A DNA stretch of 64,000 nt. Origin: an uncultured Alistipes sp. (GTDB taxonomy: Bacteria; Bacteroidota; Bacteroidia; Bacteroidales; UBA932). Positions within the stretch are counted from its first letter, which is position 1, and the number at the start of each line of letters is the position of its first letter. The position numbers and the translations under genes are program-made. Where the stretch lies: assembly GCA_900550465.1 (NCBI GenBank), contig URSC01000004.1, forward strand, positions 76,507-140,506, given 5' to 3'. Shown here in pieces: positions 18,445-29,987 of this stretch. The notes beneath the pieces were generated by a model. The model had not been told where the DNA came from. It searched no databases and saw only the letters and a list, made by a program, of their open reading frames with translations.

Positions 18445-19251
18445 CTAAATCAAAATCATACTTGCCGCCATTACCGCCATACCGGCTATGACCCCGATGA
18501 TGGACAGGTGGTGGTGCCCGAACTTTTCGGCGGACGGAAGAAGCTCATCTAATGCGATATAGGTCATGATACCCGCGACCACTGCGAGTACCGTTCCGTT
18601 CAGGGACTGGTCGAATATCCTCGAGAGCAGCAGGTAACCGACGACTCCCCCCACCGGCTCGGCGAGTCCGGACAGGAAGGCGTTCCCGACGGCCTTGCCC
18701 TTTTTCCGCGTGGCATAGTAAATCGGTATTGCAACCATTATGCCTTCCGGAATGTTGTGGATCGCCACAGCCACAGCGATGGAAATACCCGTCCGGGGGC
18801 TTTCCATGGCGCTCACGAAGGTGGCCATGCCCTCCGGGAAATTGTGTATGGCAATGGCAATCACGGAGAAGAGCCCCAGCCGCATGAGCCCCGTACTGTC
18901 CGGGACGGCGCCGTCCTCCGAGGGGGCGGCGGAATATTCATGGGGATTGTCCTTCGAGGGTATCAGATTGTCAATGAGGGCAATCAGCGCTATCCCCGCG
19001 AAGAAGGCCAGGACAGTATACAGCAGCCCCGTCCTCTCTCCGAAGGCGGAGCCGAGGCTGGCTCTGGCCTCGGCGAAAAGTTCCGTCATGGAGATGAAGA
19101 GCATCACTCCTGCCGAGAAACCGAGGGCAAATGAGAGGGTCTTCGTGCTGAATTTTCTTGTCAGCAGCACAATCACCCCTCCGAGTCCGGTGGACAGTCC
19201 CGCGATGAGGGTCAGGAGCAGTGCAATGGGGAAATTACTGTCGCTCAGCAT
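18445..19251 (-). CDS. zupT: ZIP-family zinc transporter
   Basis: About 8 TM helices, HNFPEG / HNIPEG signature repeats, 268 aa. Confidence 0.8.
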   Translation of the reverse strand: MLSDSNFPIALLLTLIAGLSTGLGGVIVLLTRKFSTKTLSFALGFSAGVMLFISMTELFAEARASLGSAFGERTGLLYTVLAFFAGIALIALIDNLIPSKDNPHEYSAAPSEDGAVPDSTGLMRLGLFSVIAIAIHNFPEGMATFVSAMESPRTGISIAVAVAIHNIPEGIMVAIPIYYATRKKGKAVGNAFLSGLAEPVGGVVGYLLLSRIFDQSLNGTVLAVVAGIMTYIALDELLPSAEKFGHHHLSIIGVIAGMAVMAASMILI

Positions 19252-19253
19252 CG

Positions 19254-21257
19254 TTATTTCTCTTCGGCGGCGTCAGTTTTCTTACATGCCCAGATCATGT
19301 AGGCAATCAGCAGGATATATACTCCGAGGGCAACCCATACCGCGGGGGTGGAGGACTGCCACTGAGTATTGACCAGGTTCACGTCGGCAAAGCGCATGAT
19401 CGCGGATACGACTCCCATCAGGGCGCCGCCGGCGATGAATCCGGAAGCCACGAGGGTGCCTTTCTCCTTGCGGGCCTCGTTGATGGCCTTGTCCTTGCTG
19501 CGGGAGCCCACATACCATGCGACGGCTCCTCCGATCATCAGGGGAAGGTTGAGTTCGATGGGAATGAACATTCCGAGCGCGAAGGGCAGGGCGGGTACCT
19601 TGAACAGGGTAAGGATGATGGCGATGGCGGCTCCGATGCCGTACATCAGCCAGGGAGCGCTGCCTCCGAGCATCAGGGGCTCGATGACGGCGGCCATGGC
19701 ATTGGCCTGAGGAGCTACGAGGGCACCTTCACCGGTGAATCCGAAGGTGTCGTTGAGAATCATCATCACTCCTGCGACGGTGGCGGCGGCCACTATTGTT
19801 CCTAAGAACTTCCATCCCTCCTGCTTGCGGGGGGTGGTTCCGATCCAGTAACCTATCTTCAGGTCGGTGATGAAGCCTCCGGCCATGGAGAGTGCGGTGC
19901 AGACCACGCCTCCGATGATCAGGGCGGCGGCCATGCCGGAAGTGCCCTTGAGTCCTGCTGCCACCAGGATGATGGAGGCCAGGATAAGGGTCATCAGGGT
20001 CATGCCGCTGACGGGGTTGGTGCCGACTATGGCTATCGCGTTGGCGGCCACTGTGGTGAACAGGAAGGCGATGACTGCCACTACTAGGAGGGCTATTACG
20101 GCGTGCCACAGGTTGTCCAGCACTCCGAAGTAGAAGAATACGAACATCAGGGCCAGGGTAACGGTCAGGCCGATGATTATGATCTTCATGGACAGGTCTC
20201 TCTGAGTGCGGGCCTCCTGGGTGCCGGCGCCGTCCTTCTTGCCGCGGAACTCCTTGCCGGCCAGGCCCAGTGCGGACTTGATGATACCGGCTGACTTGAT
20301 GATGCCGATGATGCCGGCGGTGGCGATGCCTCCGATGCCGATGTGGCGGGCGTAGTTGGTGAAGATCTCCTCAGGCGACATCGAGCCTACGGTCGCCGTC
20401 AGGCCCGAGCCCATCAGGTCCACTACGCTGTCTCCGAAGATCAGGTTCATCAGCGGAATAATGATGAACCATACGAGGAACGAGCCGCAGCAGATGATGA
20501 ATGAATACTTGAGGCCGATGATGTAGCCGAGGCCGAGGACTGCCGCTCCCACATTGACCTTGAAGAGCAGCTTTGCGTTGGTGGCCACCTGCTCGCCCCA
20601 GGGCAGTACCCTGGAGGTGAAGACCTCGGACCACCATCCGAAGGTGGATACGATGAAGTCGTAGAGACCTCCGATCAGACCGCTGATAAGCAGTGTCTTG
20701 GCTCCCTTGCCTCCGGACTCGCCGCTGACCAGTACCTGAGTGGTGGCGGTAGCCTCGGGGAAGGGGTATTTGCCGTGCTGCTCCTTTACGAAATATTTGC
20801 GGAAAGGAATCAGCAGCAGGATACCGAGCACTCCTCCGATGAGAGAGCTGAGGAATATCTTGGAGAAATCCACCGTGAGTTCCGGATATCTGTCCTGCAG
20901 GATGTACAGGGCCGGGAGGGTGAATATCGCTCCTGCCACTATTACACCGGAGCAGGCGCCGATGGACTGGATGATGACATTCTCGCCCAGGGCGTTCTTG
21001 CGCTTGAATGCGCTGGAGAGTCCTACCGCTATTATAGATATAGGTATGGCGGCCTCGAAGACCTGCCCTACTTTCAATCCGAGGAAAGCTGCGGCAGCAG
21101 AGAAGATGATGGTCATCACGAGGCCGATGGTCACGGACCATACAGTTACCTCAGGATAGACTTTGTCCGGATTGAGAAGAGGCTGGTACTTCTCGCCGGG
21201 TTTCAGTTCCCGGAATGCGTTTTCGGGAAGAGTTACTTTTTTATTTTCTTCGCTCAT
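19254..21257 (-). CDS. OPT-family oligopeptide transporter
   Basis: Polytopic membrane protein of about 667 aa with N-terminus MSEENKKVTLPENAFRELKPGEKY, typical of bacterial OPT transporters. Confidence 0.75.
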   Translation of the reverse strand: MSEENKKVTLPENAFRELKPGEKYQPLLNPDKVYPEVTVWSVTIGLVMTIIFSAAAAFLGLKVGQVFEAAIPISIIAVGLSSAFKRKNALGENVIIQSIGACSGVIVAGAIFTLPALYILQDRYPELTVDFSKIFLSSLIGGVLGILLLIPFRKYFVKEQHGKYPFPEATATTQVLVSGESGGKGAKTLLISGLIGGLYDFIVSTFGWWSEVFTSRVLPWGEQVATNAKLLFKVNVGAAVLGLGYIIGLKYSFIICCGSFLVWFIIIPLMNLIFGDSVVDLMGSGLTATVGSMSPEEIFTNYARHIGIGGIATAGIIGIIKSAGIIKSALGLAGKEFRGKKDGAGTQEARTQRDLSMKIIIIGLTVTLALMFVFFYFGVLDNLWHAVIALLVVAVIAFLFTTVAANAIAIVGTNPVSGMTLMTLILASIILVAAGLKGTSGMAAALIIGGVVCTALSMAGGFITDLKIGYWIGTTPRKQEGWKFLGTIVAAATVAGVMMILNDTFGFTGEGALVAPQANAMAAVIEPLMLGGSAPWLMYGIGAAIAIILTLFKVPALPFALGMFIPIELNLPLMIGGAVAWYVGSRSKDKAINEARKEKGTLVASGFIAGGALMGVVSAIMRFADVNLVNTQWQSSTPAVWVALGVYILLIAYMIWACKKTDAAEEK

Positions 21258-21420
21258 AAGATAGGTATTAGGAAGGTTTGGTTTTGGATACAAATTTAAC
21301 CAAAAATTTTTATGAAAAATTCTTTCAAGAAATTTTAAATTATATCTTCTTTGTTTTCAGCAACTTGGTTAAAAGAGATAAAATTTTTTCAAAAATTTTT
21401 GAAAATTTTTTGCAGAAAAA

Positions 21421-21452
21421 TTTGGTGGTTTAAAAAATCGCCCATATATTTG
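21421..21452 (+). promoter_or_regulatory. Bacteroidetes-type promoter (-33 TTTG / -7 TATATTTG) upstream of the 23S rRNA
   Basis: TTTG at 21421-21424 and TATATTTG at 21445-21452 with 20-bp spacing, in an AT-rich leader upstream of the 23S 5' end. Confidence 0.5.
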
Positions 21453-21599
21453 CAGCCCGTTTGAGAAAAACGGATAGTTCATTGAAAAGACTGAGAGAGA
21501 TAACGAGGTAAAAGTATATAGGTTAATAAGTCTGTTAAGATGTAAATTTTAATGGGACTACAATTGATCCAAATACGAGACGAATACTAAATCATATCG

Positions 21600-24470
<2,871 letters not shown>

Positions 24471-24552
24471 GATATGACGCAGAAAAACAAACAATAATAC
24501 TGAGTTGTCTCTCTCATTTCTTATAGAATACGTCACGAAAGTGACAGAGAAA

Positions 24553-24667
24553 TCATGGTGGTTATAACGGTGTGGACCAACCTCTTCCCATTCCGAACAG
24601 AGAAGTTAAACGCACTTGTGCCGATGGTACTGCCCTAACAGGGGTGGGAGAGTAGGTAGCCGCCGCC
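24553..24667 (+). rRNA. rrf: 5S ribosomal RNA
   Basis: GGTGGTTATAACGGTGTGGACCAACCTCTTCCCATTCCGAACAGAGAAGTTAAACGCAC...GGGAGAGTAGGTAGCCGCCGCC. Confidence 0.9.
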
Positions 24668-24673
24668 CCTTAG

Positions 24674-24708
24674 AGCCCCCGGAGGACTGATCTCCGGGGG
24701 CTTTTTTT
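24674..24708 (+). terminator. Rho-independent terminator of the rRNA operon
   Basis: GCCCCCGGAGgactgatcTCCGGGGGC hairpin followed by a T7 tract. Confidence 0.85.
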
Positions 24709-24945
24709 ATGTCTACGTGCGGCGGTGGTCCGTGGCGTGGTCCGGGGTGGCCCTCGGTGGGAGTTGCTTCCGGCTCATTTTCGTTATCAGCGGATCCGCG
24801 TCAGAGGTGGCTCTTGGTCCCCCGGCATCGGTTTCCTGCGGAGAAGGAGCCGACAAATGTTGCTTTTCACCGTCACCTTCTTGGTTATGGGTGTGCTGAC
24901 GGGTTTGGAGGCAGTCTGCTGGCGGCTTGTGTTGTTGTATCTGCT

Positions 24946-26742
24946 TTACTCCGGGATGGTGGACCAGATACGTATGGCGGTCGGGATGGGAGAAGAGGTG
25001 GGTTTGGAGGGATAGGTGTTCTTACGCAGGGTCCAGGGCTCTTCGAGAGAGTAGTAGTCGATGGAGAGGGCAGGGTCGGGACCAGTGGGGTCGGCCAGAA
25101 GCCTGTCGAGCCAGGTTTTCCAGCGCAGGTAGTAGAAGTCGGCCAGGAGGCCGGACCATTCCTTGTGCGCGTAGTCATGCAGCCCGCCGGTGTCGGAGGC
25201 TGTGCGGTTGCCCCATGTGGTAATCTGGACGCGGGCGTTCCATTCGAGCCAGTCTTTCATGGCCTCATCCTCGCCCAGTGCCCTGGCCTGTGCTATCCAG
25301 TTGCCTGCCATAAATTCTCTCCGCGATGACAGCAGGCTGTCCTGGAGCAGTAACAGTGTCAGAAAGTTTTCTCCATGTGAGCGCAGAGCCGCTGTGTCGC
25401 GGCTGGTATATGCCTGTTGGATAGCCTTGTAAGTAAGCCTGCCTTTTTCTGCGATAGCCTGACGCAGGATATCCACCAGGTCATATTCAAAGTTATCACA
25501 TCCGGCAAAATCCGGAGCAGCCTGAACCATGAGGTTTGCAGCCAAGATTACATCAGCCGGGTCGTAGTAGTCCGACATCTCAGACCAGGAAGAAGCCTGG
25601 TAGGTGTTCAGGGACGGACGTGCGCAGAAGATGGACTCGTGGGTGCCCTGCTGGGTGGAGGCGGCGGGACATTCGTAGATGGACCGTGCCAGCAGCCTCC
25701 AGGCCTGGAGGACCTTCGGAGCGATACGGCCGTAACGGGCGCGGAGATATCCCTGCAGCCATTCGTCCTTGGAAAAATGCTCCGGGCGCCAGGGCAGCTC
25801 GCAGAGCAGCTCGTACATCACCGGATTGTTCTCTATACCTTCCATTGTGAGGCCGACGCCCAGCATTGTCCCTGAGAAACGGCTGGAGTCCGCTTTGTAG
25901 TATTCGTTTATGACGTGCTGCATTTTGCCGTGAAGGCCTACATTGCCTCCGAAATTGAGCAGCATACAGTAGAGCCAGTCGTGTCCGTCGAAACCTTCCG
26001 GGCGGTACCACGATGAGGCGGGATCTCCCCACTGCGGCCGGCTCTCGGAGTAGAGGTCGAGGACGAGTATGTCCCCGCGGGGCACGGATCTGATCATCGC
26101 AGGGCGGGGATTGGCACCCCAGGCCTGCACTACCCATTTGGCTCCCGGACTGTTGCGCTGCATGGCAGAGTGGATGGCCTTGCCTGCAGCCTCCAGGTCG
26201 ACCCCGGCCGTTCTGCCTCCCTCGTGGAATGGATCCATGCTGTAGAAGCGGGCATTGCCGAAGAGTTTTTCCGATTCCTCGTAGTAGATATCAGCTATTT
26301 TCTGGAAATTATCGTCCTCGGGCTGCAGGAATGCGGGACGGTGATATCCCTGCCACAGTCCCGGGTCCGCGACATTCAGCCCTAGGCGCTCCGGAGCGGG
26401 CACAGGAGGTAGTTCTGTCGGAAGTTCCGCCCGCATGCAGTTCCAGCTCAGGTGGATGCCGGCGTAATATTTAAGGTACCAGTTGAGTCCGGCGGCGGCG
26501 CTTACTGGGCAGTCCGCAGAGATGGAGATACGTCCGTCAGGGCTCTGGCTGAGCTCAAAGAAAGATCCTGACGCAGCGGTGTCAATCAGTATGATAAAAT
26601 TTCCGGAGGAGCCGGGACAGATACGTTCTATGAGAGAATAGACCGGTGCTGAAGGGGAAATGCCTTCGTGGCATGATGCGGATATGGTCCGTGTAAGGGC
26701 GGCAATGCAGAGTAAAATAACTGCGGCAGGGTGTTTCATAGG
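24946..26742 (-). CDS. Alpha-N-acetylglucosaminidase (GH89, NAGLU-like)
   Basis: Signal peptide MKHPAAVILLCIAAL. Conserved NAGLU core (WVVQAWGANPRP, LLNFGGN, YELLCE). Start taken at MKHPAAV. Confidence 0.8.
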   Translation of the reverse strand, partial: PMKHPAAVILLCIAALTRTISASCHEGISPSAPVYSLIERICPGSSGNFIILIDTAASGSFFELSQSPDGRISISADCPVSAAAGLNWYLKYYAGIHLSWNCMRAELPTELPPVPAPERLGLNVADPGLWQGYHRPAFLQPEDDNFQKIADIYYEESEKLFGNARFYSMDPFHEGGRTAGVDLEAAGKAIHSAMQRNSPGAKWVVQAWGANPRPAMIRSVPRGDILVLDLYSESRPQWGDPASSWYRPEGFDGHDWLYCMLLNFGGNVGLHGKMQHVINEYYKADSSRFSGTMLGVGLTMEGIENNPVMYELLCELPWRPEHFSKDEWLQGYLRARYGRIAPKVLQAWRLLARSIYECPAASTQQGTHESIFCARPSLNTYQASSWSEMSDYYDPADVILAANLMVQAAPDFAGCDNFEYDLVDILRQAIAEKGRLTYKAIQQAYTSRDTAALRSHGENFLTLLLLQDSLLSSRREFMAGNWIAQARALGEDEAMKDWLEWNARVQITTWGNRTASDTGGLHDYAHKEWSGLLADFYYLRWKTWLDRLLADPTGPDPALSIDYYSLEEPWTLRKNTYPSKPTSSPIPTAIRIWSTIPE

Positions 26743-26753
26743 CGGTGGGTTGA

Positions 26754-27695
26754 TTAGTCTTGTTTCTGTCTGCGGCGGCGGGGAAGTTTGGGGAACATCT
26801 TCCTGAAGCGGGTCATCTGCAGGGTGATGCTGCCCCCGGCGATGACGAATGTGACGGCTATCAGGATCATCACTATGCCCAGTCCCTCGCGGGCCGTCAT
26901 CCGCTCTCCGAAGACGGTAATGCCGAAAAATATGGCTGTCACCGGCTCCAGGGCACCGAGGATGGCAGTGGGTGTGGAGCCTATGTACTGTATTGCGCTG
27001 GTGGTGCAGAGGAAGGATATGGCTGTGGGGAAGATGGAGAGCGCCAGGATGTTGGCCCACATGTACCAGTGGGAGGGAGTGGTCAGCTCGACTCCCGTGA
27101 GCAGCCGGATTATGAAGAGGGATACTCCGAATACCAGTACGTAGAAGGTGACGGTCAGGGTGGCTGTGTTCCTGAGGGTAGTCTGGTTGATACCTACTAT
27201 ATATATGGCATAGGTAAGGGCGGAGGCCAGGGCCAGTACAGTACCGATGAGACTCAGGGTCGCTCCGTCCGGGCCTTTGTACAGCAGGGCTATGCCTCCC
27301 AGGGCCAGGGCCATGCAGAGGGCGGTCTGCAGGCTGATCTTCTCCTTGAACACCAGGGCCATGATGACGGCGACCATTATGGGGTAGACGAAGAGGATGG
27401 TGGATGCGATACCGGCTTCCATGAAGTTGTAGCTCTGGAAGAGGGTGAGCGAGGATACGGCCACCAGAAGTCCCATGACTATGAGAGTGAGAGTCTCCTT
27501 GCGGCTGACCCTGAAGGAACGTCCGCGGGCATGAATCATGACGGCCAGGATGGGAATGGCCAGGAGGTATCGGAAAAACAATACTGATTCGGGGTTCATT
27601 CCGTCCTTGTACAGCGGCAGTGCGAACAGCGGGTTCATGCCGTAAGTGGCGGCGGCGATGGTTCCCAGTATGTAGCCTTTGGTCTTCTGGTTCAT
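26754..27695 (-). CDS. EamA/DMT-superfamily transporter
   Basis: 10-TM protein with two EamA-like halves, 313 aa. Confidence 0.7.
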   Translation of the reverse strand: MNQKTKGYILGTIAAATYGMNPLFALPLYKDGMNPESVLFFRYLLAIPILAVMIHARGRSFRVSRKETLTLIVMGLLVAVSSLTLFQSYNFMEAGIASTILFVYPIMVAVIMALVFKEKISLQTALCMALALGGIALLYKGPDGATLSLIGTVLALASALTYAIYIVGINQTTLRNTATLTVTFYVLVFGVSLFIIRLLTGVELTTPSHWYMWANILALSIFPTAISFLCTTSAIQYIGSTPTAILGALEPVTAIFFGITVFGERMTAREGLGIVMILIAVTFVIAGGSITLQMTRFRKMFPKLPRRRRQKQD

Positions 27696-27807
27696 ATCTT
27701 GTATCTAGTGCGGTGCAAATGTAGTAAAGTAATTCTATATTTGGATAATAGTAACTGATTTCATATTTTTGCAAATTGTGATAAAAACGAACAGTCAAGT
27801 AACTACT

Positions 27808-29004
27808 ATGTCAGAACAGCAGAACATACAACAGCCTGCAGCTCAGGCAGGAGATGTACAGGAGCAGGAGATTGACCTGATAGCTCTCGTAAAGAGGCTC
27901 TGGAAAAAGAGGATATTCATAATCTATGTTACGGCGGCCTTCATGGTTCTGGGGTTGCTGGTCGCGCTCTTTTCGAAGAAGGAGTATACCGCGGGAACGA
28001 CGTTCGTCCCCCAGACCGGACAGTCAGGCGGCATCAGTTCGTCCATGTCCTCCCTTGCGTCCCTCGCCGGAATCAATCTGGGACAGATGGGGAGCGGAGA
28101 AGCGCTTTCTCCTGCAGTCTACCCTCAGTTGCTCTCCAATGTGGGCTATGTCAAGGACTTGATGTATACTCCGATTAAATTTGAAGAGTGGCCCGAGAAG
28201 GTTACACTTTTCGATTATTTCACAAATGAGGAGTACAATAAACCGACATTCTTCGGTACGGTCATGAAATATACACTGGGGCTCCCCGGAGTGATAATGA
28301 ATGCAGTGAGAGGTGAAAGCGATGGACTGGATTCTCTGGTGTCTGCAGAAAGCGGGCTGAACACCCTTACTGAGGATGAATTCGCCTGCATGAAGGTTCT
28401 TACTGAGCTGGTATCCATAACCATCAATGATAAGGACGGGTATGTCGAGCTCTCCGCACGTATGCCTGAGGCTGTTGCCGCTGCGGAAGTGGCTACAGCC
28501 GCATTTAACTTGCTGGAAAAATATGTTACGGAATACAAGATAGCAAAGGCCAAGTCTACTCTCGATTTTGTAAACGAGAGATTCGATGAGGCAAAAGCCG
28601 ATTTCGAGAAAAAGCAGCTTGCCTATGCTCAGTTCCGTGATGCAAACAGAGGTATAACTGCTGCGACTGCGCAGATTGCGGAAGATAGGCTCAGACAGGA
28701 ATACGATTTGTCCAATACGATATATACCGAGCTGGCCCGGCAGAGAGTGCAGGTAGAACTGCAGGTCAAGGAGGATACTCCGGTACTTTCTGTCATCAAG
28801 CCCATAGTGGTTCCGGTCGAGAGGTCAAAGCCGAAGAGAGCCATTATATTGATTGCATTTACATTCCTCGGAGGCTGTCTTGGCTGCGCATCGGTCTTCG
28901 GACTGGATTTTATCAAGCATCAGGGGTCAACCTGGCCGCGTAAATGGAGGACAGAAGAAGAGGAAGAGGCGGAGAAAATAAATAAAGAGGAGGTCGTTGC
29001 GTAA
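27808..29004 (+). CDS. Wzz-like polysaccharide chain-length determinant protein
   Basis: N-terminal and C-terminal TM helices flanking a long coiled-coil periplasmic region. Start taken at MSEQQNIQ. Confidence 0.65.
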   Translation: MSEQQNIQQPAAQAGDVQEQEIDLIALVKRLWKKRIFIIYVTAAFMVLGLLVALFSKKEYTAGTTFVPQTGQSGGISSSMSSLASLAGINLGQMGSGEALSPAVYPQLLSNVGYVKDLMYTPIKFEEWPEKVTLFDYFTNEEYNKPTFFGTVMKYTLGLPGVIMNAVRGESDGLDSLVSAESGLNTLTEDEFACMKVLTELVSITINDKDGYVELSARMPEAVAAAEVATAAFNLLEKYVTEYKIAKAKSTLDFVNERFDEAKADFEKKQLAYAQFRDANRGITAATAQIAEDRLRQEYDLSNTIYTELARQRVQVELQVKEDTPVLSVIKPIVVPVERSKPKRAIILIAFTFLGGCLGCASVFGLDFIKHQGSTWPRKWRTEEEEEAEKINKEEVVA

Positions 29005-29966
29005 TGTCGTGGTTCAGCAGGAAAAATCGCGACAAGGAGGAGGTTCTCCGCGATAAGGAGTCTCTGGACAAAGGTCTGGAGAAGACCAAGAAAGGGCTTT
29101 TCGACAGACTTTCCCGTGCAGTGGCGGGTAAGTCCAAGGTGGACGATGATGTTCTGGATGCTATAGAGGATGCTCTCATCGCCTCAGACGTGGGGGTGGA
29201 TACCACGCTGAAAATTATCGATATGCTGGAGGAGAGAGTGGCAAGGGACAAGTACATGAATGCCGCGGAGCTGCGCTCTATCCTCAAGGAGGAAATGGCG
29301 TCGCTGCTGGATGTGGAGGGAAAGGAGGATGCCCCGGTGTTCGATTTTTCCAAGAAACCTTATGTGATAATGGTGGTCGGCGTCAACGGAGTCGGCAAGA
29401 CTACAACTATCGGAAAGCTGGCGGCAAATCTCAAGGCATCCGGCAAGAAGGTCATGCTGGGAGCGGCCGATACCTTCCGCGCCGCGGCCGTAGACCAGCT
29501 GGTGATCTGGAGCGAGAGGGCGGGAGTTCCCATAGTGAAGCAGAACATGGGTGCAGACCCGGCGTCCGTGGCCTTCGATACGGTCAAGTCAGCCGTGGCC
29601 CAGGATATCGATGTGGTACTGATTGATACGGCCGGCCGTCTGCACAATAAGATAAATCTGATGAACGAGCTTACCAAGATACGCAATGTCATGCGCAAGG
29701 TCGTTCCCGATGCTCCCCACGAGGTACTCCTGGTTCTGGACGGCTCCACAGGTCAGAACGCCTTCGTTCAGGCCAGGGAATTTACCAAGGCTACTGATGT
29801 CACGGCTCTTGCCGTTACGAAGCTGGACGGTACGGCCAAGGGAGGAGTGGTCCTGGGTATCGCGGATCAGTTCAATATCCCGGTCAAGTTCATAGGAGTG
29901 GGAGAGGGCATAGAGGATCTTCAGATTTTCGATAAAAAAGCATTTGTGGATTCATTATTTGACTAG
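29004..29966 (+). CDS. ftsY: Signal recognition particle receptor FtsY
   Basis: GVNGVGKTTTIGKLA, DTAGRLH and the SRP54-type GTPase domain. Confidence 0.9.
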   Translation: MSWFSRKNRDKEEVLRDKESLDKGLEKTKKGLFDRLSRAVAGKSKVDDDVLDAIEDALIASDVGVDTTLKIIDMLEERVARDKYMNAAELRSILKEEMASLLDVEGKEDAPVFDFSKKPYVIMVVGVNGVGKTTTIGKLAANLKASGKKVMLGAADTFRAAAVDQLVIWSERAGVPIVKQNMGADPASVAFDTVKSAVAQDIDVVLIDTAGRLHNKINLMNELTKIRNVMRKVVPDAPHEVLLVLDGSTGQNAFVQAREFTKATDVTALAVTKLDGTAKGGVVLGIADQFNIPVKFIGVGEGIEDLQIFDKKAFVDSLFD

Positions 29967-29987
29967 AAGAGAGTAAATTATAACGAC

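Noticed and set aside
24709-24945. 206-aa ORF and other small ORFs in the GC-rich gap between the 5S terminator and the GH89 stop
   Set aside because: No start context, G/T-rich low-complexity sequence, and overlap with the convergent gene end.
26743-27798. N-terminal about 350 aa of the 950-aa ORF 24946-27798
   Set aside because: That part lies in a different frame over the EamA transporter gene and is His/Arg/Pro-rich. The real GH89 gene starts at MKHPAAV (about 26742).
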